A stretch of DNA of 50,563 nt from contig JAHBMJ010000322.1 in NCBI GenBank assembly GCA_018398765.1, positions 1 to 50,563 of the forward strand, read 5' to 3'. A program made the position numbers and the translations under genes. Numbering within the stretch: position 1 is the first letter of the stretch; each line of letters opens with the position of its first letter. The notes beneath the pieces were generated by a model. The model had not been told where the DNA came from and made no database searches. It saw only the letters and a program-made list of their open reading frames with translations. The DNA comes from Chromera velia. Lineage: Eukaryota. This document shows, piece by piece, positions 11,862-23,287 of this stretch.

Positions 11862-12272
11862 CTTTGCAAAGGCCTACGAATTTAAACAGGAATTTAGAGG
11901 AATTTAGACAGGAATTTAGAGGAAGTTAGACAGGAATTTAGCTAGGAATCCAAAGGAATTTAGACCTCTAAATCCCTAAACTTTGAAAGTCAATTTTTCG
12001 TGAACTATGATGAATTAGAACTTGATATTAACGGTACTTATAGATCTATATAAAGATTATATTAGACTTATAAGCACAGTTAATATCAACTTTTAAGTCA
12101 TTATAGCTCACGAGAAATCGTCCTCCAAAATTTGTTAAATTCCTCTAATTTCCTGTCTTTAAATTCCTTTATAGATTCCTACTTAAATTCCTCTAAATTC
12201 CTGTTTAAACTCCTTTAAATTCCTGTCTAAATTCCTCTAAATTCCTGTCTAAATTCTTAGGTCCTTGCAGGG
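11862..12272. mobile_element. Fold-back MITE (about 410 bp), nearly fully palindromic, with GGAATTTAGA(CA) sub-repeats, flanked by TA
   Basis: Left end ctttgcaaaggcctacgaatttaaacaggaatttagagg matches the reverse complement of the right end, ccctgcaaggacctaagaatttagacaggaatttagagg. Inner arms 11999-12048 and 12064-12112 also pair. Confidence 0.8.
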
Positions 12273-12609
12273 TAGGTACCGGGCCGGCCGGTGCACAAGG
12301 TCATACATGCAATGCTACTAAGGGTCAAATTATGCTAAGTTATGGCGTACAACCGAACATGCATGCATTCTTGATCTTTAACATTTTTGTCATCAATTTC
12401 AATTAACACAATGTTTTAGCCTAGAATTTAGATAAGTTTGCAACTAAATTTCTAGCTAAATTTATAACTAGGTTTCCTCTGTGTAGCACTTGTATGAAGT
12501 AGTGGTGGCGCAGACGCACTTTTCGTGGATAGCACATAGTGCACGCGGCCCGGCCTTAAGGCTCAGTCATGGGACCGCCCTATGCCTAGCTGCCACTAAA
12601 ATTGGAAAG

Positions 12610-14259
12610 TCTGTCAGCTCCGATAATGAAAACAAGAATCAAAGCTTGGCTGGAGGTATTGATAGAGAGACTCCTGTCAGACTGTCTAACGTTTTAATCG
12701 AAAGCATCAGATACGCTGATGATCTTGTTCTGTTTGCTTACAGTGCTTCAAACTTACAGAAACGCCTGTTTCACCTCGAAGACTATTGTAAGGAGCACGG
12801 CCTGAAGGTGAATTTAAAGAAGACAAAAGTTATGTGTTTTTCCTCCCCCTACCCCGACCTAGTGCCCTGGACCCTTTTTCTTTATAAAGGCAGACCAGTG
12901 AAAGCGGTGAGTAAATATAAGTATTTGGACAACTGGATTTTTGAGGGCGGAGACCTTAGTAAGACAGTCGAAGCCCGCATTGAGGCAGCGGAGAAGGCTT
13001 TGGGGGCTGTGTTTGGTACTCTTTCTTCTCTGGGCTTTGTTTCTCCCTTTTCTAAAATTACTTTGTTCAAGGCCCTCTGGCTACCAGTCGCGCTGTATGG
13101 ACTGGAAACGATCCCGCTGAGAAAGACAGATGTTGCCTGCCTCGATGTATTACAGTTACGTTTTGTTCGATGTTGTTTTGGTCTCTCACATCACTCCTTT
13201 GTTTCGCCTTCCCTTCTCTCTCTCTCTCTCTCGAGCCATTCAGTTCTCTACTTGGTAAGTTGAGTGGGGGCTTCATCCAATGCATCAAATCGATCGACCG
13301 TGCTCTACCCCAGGCAGTGTGGAATGAGTGCTTGGCTGGCTCATGTGAACCCTTCGTTAAGACAGTAAAATGGCTGGCCGTTCCATTAGATTGCTCCCTT
13401 TTGTGGCCTGCATTGCCAAGCACGGTGGGGGACAAGTTTAAAGGGAAGGGCAAGGGCAGAAGGAAAAGGGAAGGGCAAGGGCAAGGGCAGAAGGAAAAGG
13501 GCGGCAAAAAAGATCGTAGAGGGTGCCTGGCTGTCCGACTGGTTGAAAGAAGAAACTAGAAACGTTAGAGACAGAGACGGAATTTTTCCCCACCTTACGA
13601 ATCTTTACCCTTTCCAATCAGAGAATCCGTCCAGACAGTGTTTGGCTATGCACCTTCTGAGTGAAAGGAAATGGCGTCCGAGAAGTGAAATGATAGAGTG
13701 CAGTGTTGAACCTCTGCCAAAGAGTCTGTTACAGTCCTCCACAGGCTTTCGTACGCTTTTTAGGGCTCTCACAGGGGGGGATATAGATAAAACCCAACCG
13801 GAACGGCTGTGCGATAAATGTTTGTCCCCCTCGCGTGTGATCAAAGATGAGGTTCATGTTCTGATGGAATGTAAGGACATAGAAAGGGAACGGAAGAGGC
13901 TGAAAGAACTGTACGAAATTGCGAAGCAGAAAGCACCCATTAACATAAGAACACAGATTGCACAACGCGTTGCAGGTGCAACCGAGAGGGGCACTTCTAA
14001 TAATGAGAAAAAAATGAAGGATATGGTGTTGCTGTTGTGCATAATTCTGCCTAGAAGCGGTTCCAAAGCTATATCCTACTATCTCAAGAAGGTCCATTCT
14101 GTCGATAAGGCAAGTTGAGGCGAATCGATCCGATTGGCATGCAGGCTTTCTCATCCCCCCCCCCCATGAATGTGTGCTCTGGGTTGTCCTCAAAGCCTTG
14201 CTAGTGGCTTAGGATTTGGCGTCGCTAAATCTAGGATTTAACCCTCAATCATCATCATC
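12610..14259 (+). mobile_element. 5'-truncated non-LTR retrotransposon (LINE) inserted in the 5' LTR; frameshifted RT and C-terminal CCHC finger; (ATC)4 tail
   Basis: IRYADDLVLF...YCKEHGLKVNLKKTKVM...YKYL RT motifs (YADD at 12712-12723); RLCDKC...DEVHVLMEC in 13543-14118; ATCATCATCATC at 14248-14259, then LTR sequence resumes. Confidence 0.9.
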
Positions 14260-14416
14260 AGACTGAACTGGCAGATTTCTCTGTCTTAAGTTTATGAACC
14301 TTGTTATTCGTTTGTAGTATTACCTATAACAAGGGTAGCAGAAGCGTGGTTGAGACCAATGGCCATGTACAGAGTTTGTATCAAAATCAACGAGTTGTTC
14401 AGTCGGAACAACACCC

Positions 14417-17400
14417 ATGTCTAACCCACTTCAAAGGTTGGACATACTCGAGCAAGAAGTACACAGCCTGTCAGCGTTTGTGAAGCAGAGGAGTGCCCCT
14501 TCTTCTGCACCACAGGATGGTCCAATGGAGGATTGCCCTCGTCCTTCGGAGGACTTTGTGCCAGGTGGTGAAGTTGGAGTCCCTCTTCCTCAAGCCGTCA
14601 CCGTGAACAAGCCCAACGTCTTCGATGGCAAGCACAAACACCTCACTTCGTGGATTCGTAAGGTGAAGAGGTACTTCAGGTTGACTGGAACGCCTGTGGA
14701 GAGGCAGTTAGATCTGGCGATCAACTATCTCAACGACGTCGAGCAGAACTACATTGAGGATTTGGAAGAGAAGCAGGGGGTTATTGTCAACACGCTCAAC
14801 GATTTGTTTGCGGCACTGAGGAAAAAGTTCGTAAACCCGAAAGAGCAGGAAATTTTGAGGAAGGAACTGTATGCAGTGAAGTTTTCTCCTTCGAAAGGCG
14901 TTAAGACTTACTCCGATGATTTCCTGCACGCTGCGGTATAGCTGATGGAGACGACGACTGCGGAGTTGTTGTTTCACTACAAGAAGTCTTTGCCCATGAA
15001 GGTCCAGCAGGAGGTCAGTAAAGCGAAGCCAAAGACGCTGCAAGAAGCGATAGAAGCCGCCTGTCTGGCTGAAGGAATGGAAGAAGATGGAGTGATTCAT
15101 AAGGGAGACTCCTACTCCAACCTATACAAAGAGAAAGGCAAGGGTGAAGAGAATGGAGGAGATGTTGAGATGACCAATATCTGTCATCTATACAACATCT
15201 CTCCAGCAGAGAAGAGACGTCTTTTGGATGAAAAGAGATGTTTTGTTTGCAGGAAGGCTGGACACAGAGCCGACCGCTGTTTCAGAAATCCTACAAACAG
15301 AGGGAGGAGGGGCTCTCCTGGTTCATTCCCTCCCCATGAGTCGTTCTCGGCCAATTGGGGTCCATCACAGAGCCCATCCATGTAAGGAGCATACCCATAT
15401 ACAGGTCAGCAGCGGGGATTTGGGGGGAATCAGGGTATGATATGGTGGCCACAGGGTCGTACAGGTGGTAGTCGACCGCAGATACAGTCATAAGGTTCTT
15501 GTTCTGCTCTACCATCAGGAGGCAGAGGAGGCAGACAGCGTGCTTCCTTCATTTACCCTGATGAGGGTAGCTACGAGAATGGTCCTGTGTACAATATGCT
15601 CTTTCCCCCAAATCATCCCTCACTGCAGGTGGTTGAAGGAGAGGATCTCGACGCGCCGTATGCAGTCACTATTGTCAGGGCTGTCGATGAAGTTCAAGAG
15701 CCTCAGCCGAGAATGATTTGGTTTCAGGGGATCTTGGAGGGGACGTTGGTGAGAGTTTTACTGGACAGCGGGGCACATGAACTCTTCATTTCTTCAGACT
15801 TCTGCCATACCCGGCACTTCCTGGTCAGGCCCCTGAAGCATCTGAGAGGGTGTAAAGGAGCAGTGAAGGTGGATAGAAAGGAAGCATTCTGTCAGGTGAC
15901 AGAGTGTACAGCTCCACTCAAGCTGAGCATTCAGGATTACGACGAGGAGATGAAGTTCACCCTCGCTAAGCTTGACAACGAATACGACATCTTCCTTAGC
16001 ATGAAGTGGTTGGAGGCCCACAACCCTCAGATCGACTGGAAAGAGAAGAGTATGACTTTCCCCTACAGAGGTCAGTTGCTTACACTTTGGGGGACTGGGG
16101 GGGAAGATCCATATGGTGGGTTCGTGCCTCCTCCTATTTCTGCCAGGGGAGCTGAACGAGCAATTCAAGGAGGTGCCATAGTGCACATCTTCAAGCTTGC
16201 GCCTCGTCCCCTTCCCTCCGATCCATGTGTTTTCTCTGAAGAGCAGTGTTTTTTCTCTGAAGAATAACAAGAGATAGATTTTGATGAGTTGAAAGAGCGT
16301 TTGATTGGAAGGGCGTTTGAGAATCATCACTCCCTCTTTATGGTATGCAGGGACCTGAATGAAGCTTTTCTTCAGGTCCCTATTAAATCAGTTCTAGAGG
16401 GTCTCAATTCTCAGACCGCAGCTGAGGAGAATAACTACAGGGTGTATGAGAAGGTGATGAAGGATCCATCTCTACACTCTGTAGCAAGGTGGGTACTTTC
16501 GCAATTTAGGGATGTTTTTTCAAACGAAATCCTGGAGCTGCCTCCCAAAAGGTCCATTGAATTCACAATAGATCTCGAGCCGGGGTATGCTCCACCCACC
16601 CGCCCATCCACCCTATCGTCTGAGTTATGGAGAGTTGGATGAAATGAGGAGATAGCTGGATGACTATCTTATTGACAAGAAAGGATTCATTCGACCCTCC
16701 ATTTCTCCGTATACTGCTCCTGCTTTCTTTGTTGCCAAGAGAAACGGGACTCTGTGAATGTGCATTGACTACAGAGCCCTGAACTCTCTGACAATCAAAG
16801 ATAAGCATTGCAGAGGAGCTGTTTAATCGAATTTACGGAGCGCGCATCTTCTCTTGACTCGACCTTCGACAATTCTTTCATCAGATTCGAGTGCAAGAGG
16901 CCGATATTCTGAAGACTGCTTTCACCACTCGGTATGGAAACTTCGAGTGGCTTGTGATGAGCTTCAGGATGTGCAACGCTCCGTCGACAAGCCAGCGGGC
17001 AGTGCAGGTTGTTCTTCGTCCGTTGCTTGACAGGTGTGCTTTTGCTTAGATGGACGACATTTTGGTCTACTCACACAATGAGAAGGAACATGAAAGAGAC
17101 CTGACTGACGTTCTCTCTCAGTTGAGGAAGCACAAGTACTATGTAAAGATTGTGAAGTGTGAATTTTTTGTGCCGTAGACGGTGTATATTGGGTAAGAGA
17201 TCTCGTAGAACGGAGTGAGGCCAGAGAAGGAAAAAACAGATAAAGTGCAGAAGTGGCCTGTGCTTCGAGACAAGCATGAGTTGAGAGTTTTTCTCGGGCG
17301 CTGCAACTGGTTCCGACGCTTTATTTTTAGATACAGTGCGATTTTGGCTCCTCTCACTACTCTGCTGAAAAAGGACATTCAGTTTAAGTGGGCGGATCCT

Positions 17401-19404
17401 CAGCAGACAGCGTTTGTTCTGCTGAAAAAGAGGGTGGCTGACGTGATTACCCTCTACATGCCTGATCCTCTTCGTCCCTTTGAGTTGTTCACAGATAGTA
17501 TTACCACTGAGACAACTTTAGCAGCTGTTTTAATGCAGGAAGATCCAAGAGCAGTGGGACTGCGCATCGTCTCCCTTGCTTCTTGGAAGCTTCCAGCTGC
17601 TGAGCTCAACTATCCGATCCGAGAGAAGGAGCTTCTGGCGGTGGTCTTTGGTGTGAAGGCATTTCACCCTTACATCAGTCACACCACCAAGGTTTGGTCC
17701 GACCATGAGAGTCTGAAGACAATCAACTCAGGAACAGTGTTGGTGGATGCACTTGACCGATTGAAGAGATGGATTCTTTTTCTTGATGGTCTTAGTATCA
17801 CACCTAGTTATCTTCCGGGTGCGAAGAATGTCGTAGCTGATGCTCTCTCTTAACGACCTGTGAGGTCTGAGATAAAAGAAGAAAGTGAAGGGGAAGCAGT
17901 CAGAACAATGATGGAAGTGAGACCAGATGAAGAAATTTTATCACAGATCAGGTCAGCGTATGCTCAGGATTCTTTTTTTTCGGAGCTCTTGCCCTTTTTG
18001 TCGGACTCGAGACCCTCCCGCCCTCCCGTACCACACCTTCGCATGCGACTTGCACACTTCAGTTTGTGGGATGGACTTCTGTACTGGGGTGAGCGTCTCG
18101 CGATTCCAACAAAAAAACTTCAGAGGAAGATGATTCATAAGCATCATGACGGCCGACTGTATGGGCATTTGGAGGTCGACAAAATATATGCTCGACTGAT
18201 TGAGAGGTTCTTTTGGCCGCACATGCTGGTTTCTGTTCAGAAGTACGTGAGGTCATGCGACTCCTGTCAGCGGAGCAAGCATTCAAATCAGAAGCCTGCT
18301 GGTTTTTTGCAACCTCTCCCGGTTCTAGACGATGTGTTTGACGACTTGTCGATGGATTGGATCACTGCTCTTCCTCCGATAGACTTCAGAGGGATGACAG
18401 TGGATGCCATCCTGACAGTTGTTTGTCGACTCAGTCAGTACGTGTGGTTCTTGCCCACCAGGAAAGCAGTGGAGACGGCGAAGTTGTTCTACGATGAAGT
18501 GGTGTGTGAGCACGGACTTCCGAAGTCAATCGTCTCTGATCGAGACTCGCGTTTTCTTTCTGCTTTCTGGAGGACATTCCACTTCCTCGCAGATACAAAG
18601 CTTCTCTTTTTTACCTCTGCACACCCACAAACAGATGGCCAAACGGAGAGAGACAACAGAACGATTGAGCAGATGCTTCGGTGTTTTGTGGTGGATCATC
18701 AGGAGGACTGGGTAAAACATCTGAAGGAGATGCAGTTTGCCTACAGAACGAGTATGCACCCTTCGCTCGGTCGTGCTCCTTATCAGGTAGCCTGATAGTG
18801 TGAGGGTGGCCACAGACAGCCTCGAACTTTCCCGGCTCTCCTGAATCCCTATCATGCATCGAAACAGGCAAGTGATACGTGGAAGGACAGGACAGCGATC
18901 TTTCAAGAGGTGAAGGACCGACTGAATCAAGCCAGAGAAAGAGCGGCCCAACTTGTGAATCTGAAGAGGAAAGAAGAAATCTTCAAAAAAGGAGATTGGG
19001 TGCTTGTGCACTGGAAATTTTTCCAGGAGGAAAAACTTCTAGGGGGGGAGAAGAGAAAGTTGGCGGTCGTGTTTTACGGACCGTTCGAGATTGAGCGCAG
19101 AGTGGGAGAAGTGGCGTATGAGCTTGTCTTCCCCAAAGGGATTCAAAGGCATCCAGTCCTGCACGTCTCCTTCCTGAAGTGATATGAGTTTAAGGATGGA
19201 AAGCGGAGCCCGCTATCTATGCGTTTGCCAAGTTTTGAGGAGAAGGAGTATGAAGTGGAAAAGGTGATCGACAAGAGAAGAGAGGGGCGACAAGTTTACT
19301 ACTTAGTGCACTGGAGAGGAGATACAGAGGAGAACGCGTCTTAGAAGCCTGCAGCAAATCTCAAGAGGGCACAAGCTGCTATCCAGGACTTCAAAAAGAA
19401 GTAA
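14417..19404 (+). pseudogene. gag-pol polyprotein pseudogene (gag, CCHC knuckle, aspartic protease, RT, RNase H, integrase, chromodomain)
   Basis: KPNVFDG gag motif; CFVCRKAGHRADRC; LLDSGA at about 15758-15775; MCIDYRALN; *MDDILVYS at 17047; NYPIREKELLAVV; H..GH...CDSCQ; IVSDRD; HPQTDGQTERDNR; YEVEKVIDKR...YLVHWRG at 19249-19404. Many stops and some frameshifts. Confidence 0.95.
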
Positions 19405-19946
19405 GCAAGGAAGTGACAGTCTGTATTTGAAAAGGGGTAGAAGGAGGAAAAAAAAAAAGAAAAGCGCTTTGTGTATGTTGAGCAGACAAGACACTGTATG
19501 ACGTCCTTTGCTCTGAATGTTTTTGATGTTCTTCCCTTTTCTTTCTTCCCTTCGTCTGATTCTCTGCGTGTGGTGCGCAATGCATGCATAAGTCCATGAG
19601 GGGAAAATGGAGAGATGAGGAGAAAAATAAGAAGAGCAAGACGGAGCAGATTGAAAAGAAGTGCATTCAAGTCCGGACTGTAAAGAAAGCGTGCGCGTGG
19701 CATGCCAGTGTTCGTATATCATACTTTCGTTGCACATAAATCGATCGAACATTATGTCCATTGATGTGTTCGCGATCGATCGGTTAATCGAATGGCATAT
19801 CTTTTTTTGCTCTTTTGTCGAGGTCCCTGGATCGAGTCAGACTGACTGATTGAGATGAGGTGAATGACCGACTTGACAGGGCCTTCAAAGAGAGGTGTTC
19901 ACTTTAATGAACGTGTGTGGGCATACGTCTCTTAGGGGCGGGCATT

Positions 19947-20233
19947 TGTAGCACTTGTATGAAGTAGTGGTGGCGCGGACGCACTTTTCGTGGATAGCAC
20001 GTAGTGCGTGCGGCCCGGCCTTAAGGCTTAGTCATGGGACCGCCCTATGCCTAGCTGCCACTGAAATTGGAAAGGCTGCATACTGTCATATAACAGTATT
20101 ATTTGATGACGTCATAGCCAGATTGTTGTGTGAGTCTTCAATGCACGAAGTGAACAGACTAAGACTGAACTGGCAGATTTCTCTGTCTTGAGTTTATGAG
20201 CCTCGTTATTTGTTTGTAGTAATACCTATAACA
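19947..20233 (+). repeat. Intact 3' LTR (287 bp) of the chromovirus
   Basis: TGTAGCAC...TATAACA; matches both halves of the split 5' LTR (11 differences in 200 alignable bp). Confidence 0.95.
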
Positions 20234-20918
20234 CTCTGACGGATCGATGCATGTAAAAATGAATGCATGAAAGGAAAAAAGGTTTGTAACAAAGTACTAC
20301 TACTAACAATGCATACAGAGTAACGTTTTATAAACATTTGAATTGATGTGTTAATTTGTAGATACCAAAATTTAAACTCTTTCAAATTTTCTAAATTATT
20401 GTTTAATATCAATTGAAAAAATTCAGTTCTAAGAACAGAGAAACAAGAGGATTGTTGTAGGCAGCGGGCATGTATTGCCATACAATGCCTATACTCGGCT
20501 TTGCCAATAACAATAAGTGAGTTGTAATATGTACAGCATGATACAGTGACTTCTCTTCGCAGCAACATGCGTCAAGGCACTTACATACAGTTTTTTCTTT
20601 TTTCTTTTTTTTCTTTTTTTCTCATTTTCTTTTTTCTTTCTTTTATTTCTTTTGCCCTTATCGTGCGTCAATGCATGTGTACGGCAGCATACCGATACAG
20701 GATCAATGCGCACACTGAAATTAATTGTACCGGCGAGTCCCTGCACACGAAAGTAAAACTACGTACAGGCTTTTGGGTAAGAAACGGCTTGAGCCCCTAG
20801 CTTCCTGTTGAGCCAGAAGAAACAAAGATCTTAAAAGGTCTGTCGGGTGCATAAAGACAGTTTGATCTTACTTATCAACTTAGCTCAGCTTAAAATCAGC
20901 TAGGCTGTAGTTCTGACT

Positions 20919-21421
20919 CTAGGCGCCGCATATAGAAAAAAAAAAAGAAAAAAAAAGTTGGGAAGGCCTAATTTTTTTATCTAGGTGTGATCTGTAAAGT
21001 TTTAAAGTGAAATAAAGTTTAAAGTCTAGTTTGAGTCTGTGGACTCTAAAATATAACTTTTGAAACCCACTTTAAAATTTTTTTGACATAGATTGAAAAA
21101 TGTCTTTAAAGGCTAAACAATCTTAATTTCTTAAAGAACACATCAGTGTGTTTAAACTTTTTATTCTTAAAGTTTTAAAACCAAAGAAGTTTTAAAATCT
21201 AAAGTTTGCGGTTAGACTTTATTATAAAAATAACTTTACAGATCACACCTAGTTTTTTTTTATTTTTTTATTTCAAGTGCCTCCAAAAGGAAAAGAATCA
21301 CTTTCGACTCTGAAACTTACTTTTCCACACAAAATGTGAACCTAACTTTTGACCTAAAAAAAAAAAAAAAAGTTCAGGACGCCTATTTTTTTTTTTCTTT
21401 TTTTTTATGTGCGGCGCCTAG
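20919..21421. mobile_element. Outer MITE with terminal inverted repeats CTAGGCGCCGCA(T/C)ATA plus A-tracts
   Basis: ctaggcgccgcatatagaaaaaaaaaaagaaaaaaaaa at the left end versus ttttttttctttttttttatgtgcggcgcctag at the right end. Confidence 0.8.
20981..21252. mobile_element. Inner nested MITE with a perfect 21-bp inverted repeat CTAGGTGTGATCTGTAAAGTT
   Basis: ctaggtgtgatctgtaaagtt (20981-21001) versus aactttacagatcacacctag (21232-21252). Confidence 0.85.
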
Positions 21422-22255
21422 TTATGACTTCTAGTAGTCTAACCTCAAGTGACAGAATCAAGATCTTTCAGAATAAAAAATTAAAATTCACAACTATAAA
21501 ACGCAGTATATATGACTTATATATATAATTATTATTATTTCAAACATTTTTTTTTAATATTTGAATGACTCTGTTACTGAATTGACCCATGAATTTAACT
21601 GAATTCTGATCAGTAGCATTGATTGCAGCAGCAGCATTTGGTATGTACTGCATGGTACTCAGTTGTCCTGTTTGATTGTACTTCTGCTTGCCAATGATTA
21701 GGTTCCCCAGCTGTCTCAATTTTGCTCGATCACTGCTGGTCCCAGTGCTGGATCAATCTGTGCATCTTTCACATTCGATTTCTCATCAGTCACCCCCTGT
21801 TCCTCACGGATGCATGGCGGTGCCGATCATAAATACAGTGCTGCTGCATTTTCTTTCTCCTCATTGTCTTTCTTCCATTCTTTCTTGGGGATAGATAAAC
21901 AGATATATAGAGAGAATTGCAAGGACAATTAGTATACCGAAGAGATGGAGTGACAAAGGGGAAAACATCAAGAGAACGAATGTCAGATCGATCAGAGAAC
22001 GAATGGCAGATCATACAACGAGACTTTCGTTCAGTTTGAATTCTCTTTTCCTCCTTCTCCCCCATTCGTCTTCTCTTCTTTTTGTTTTCTAGCAGCAGCA
22101 ACAATAGCAACAATAACAACAACAACAGCGACTTTGCAATCCATTCTGCTCCCCCCATCTGATTCAGCAAAAGGACACTCACTCGGCGAAAAGACTTCAC
22201 TCACTCACCCCCTATGTTTCAGGAAAGGGGCACGCAGTGAGCGAACACATATCAC

Positions 22256-23287
22256 TTACTCCTCGGGGGTGTAGTATCTCTCCTTCATATTCTTCTTGCC
22301 GTCGTCGTAACCGGCAATAGAGAAAGGAACGCCCTCAGGCACAATGATGTCGAAAGTTCCCCAGACTCCACAGAGGGACTTAAATCCCTTACTCAGTTCG
22401 ATGGTGTTCGAGGCGAACAGACCAACACTTGCACTTGAGAAGTTGATGGAAATGCCGTTCTCAAACTTCACGAGCATCCACTCCGACGCACTGGTCTCAG
22501 GACGGGTGCTCAATTCATCGTCAAGTTCCGAAAGGAGGAGGCATTCGTAGGGCATCTGGCGCTCAAGATCGTCCGCAGGCATGCCGGTGGTGAAAGTATA
22601 GAAGTCTTCTGAGAGCCCCCCCATTTCTCTGTCACACAAAGTGAAGCTATCGATGGGCGGCTGGAAGTTTGTGTTGAACTCAGTGGCAACGGAGATGTCA
22701 CTATCTCTATCCACGTTGAAGGTCAGAAACGAGGCAGTGGATTCAACCCCCCCACCGTCCTCGACTCGCTGACACACCAGGTCGACAGAGATGCCGTCAA
22801 CTTCTACCACTGTGGTGTTTGTGTACTCGTCGACGAAGAGGCAAATGGGCACGGAGGCACTGAAGGGTCCCTTCTTGGGAAGTGCGCCGCCACGAGACCA
22901 CGGAGTCTTCAAGCTGCCCACTTTTTTGCCTGCATGAAGCAGTCATTCCGTCCCACCTCTGGTCCATGAGAAAGCATACAGAAAAGGTTGGAACCACAAA
23001 TAGTGTAGCTCAAGGAAATATGTGTTCCGCGTGGGAGGACAGCAGAAGCTCAGGTCAGTCGTTCACACGTCGTGCAGATGTTGTGCAACATGTATACCTT
23101 AATATTTGTTTTGAACAACAGAAAGAAATGGGAGGGTTGGTCGAAAATGGGCAAAGAGACAAGACGTACCGCCACCAAGAAGGTCCAGTCCACCAAGGTC
23201 AAACTTGCCAATGTCGCCGAGGTTTCCAAACTTGTCGATGACACTGTGGGCGACCATGGGAAGAAACGCAAGGCTAAGGAACTTCAT
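22256..23287 (-). CDS. Putative secreted protein of unknown function, exons 23287-23170 and 22929-22256, about 263 aa
   Basis: N-terminus MKFLSLAFLPMVAHS resembles a signal peptide; a phase-1 GTACGT...CATGCAG intron joins it in frame to the 221-aa ORF. A GTAAGT overlapping the stop may add a tiny last exon. Confidence 0.75.

Larger units (their letters stand above)
12482..20233 (+). mobile_element. Ty3/gypsy LTR retrotransposon, chromovirus type, full-length but decayed; TSD CTCTG
   Basis: TG...CA termini; CTCTG at 12477-12481 and 20234-20238; 3' LTR 19947-20233; 5' LTR split into 12482-12609 and 14260-14331; PBS-like GGTAGCAGAAGCGTGG after 14331; PPT AGGGGCGGG before 19947; domain order gag-PR-RT-RH-IN-chromodomain. 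Confidence 0.96.

Noticed and set aside
11875..12260. Short regularly repeated units that might suggest a CRISPR array
   Set aside because: Units are 10-12 bp with no unique spacers and are arranged as an inverted pair; no cas genes; eukaryotic context.
14939..16267. Programmed stop read-through or a TAR-to-Gln variant genetic code, suggested by the in-frame TAA/TAG codons
   Set aside because: Host genes here terminate with TAA (monooxygenase, LOG) and have no internal TAR codons; the TE also has TGA stops and frameshifts, so mutational decay explains it better.
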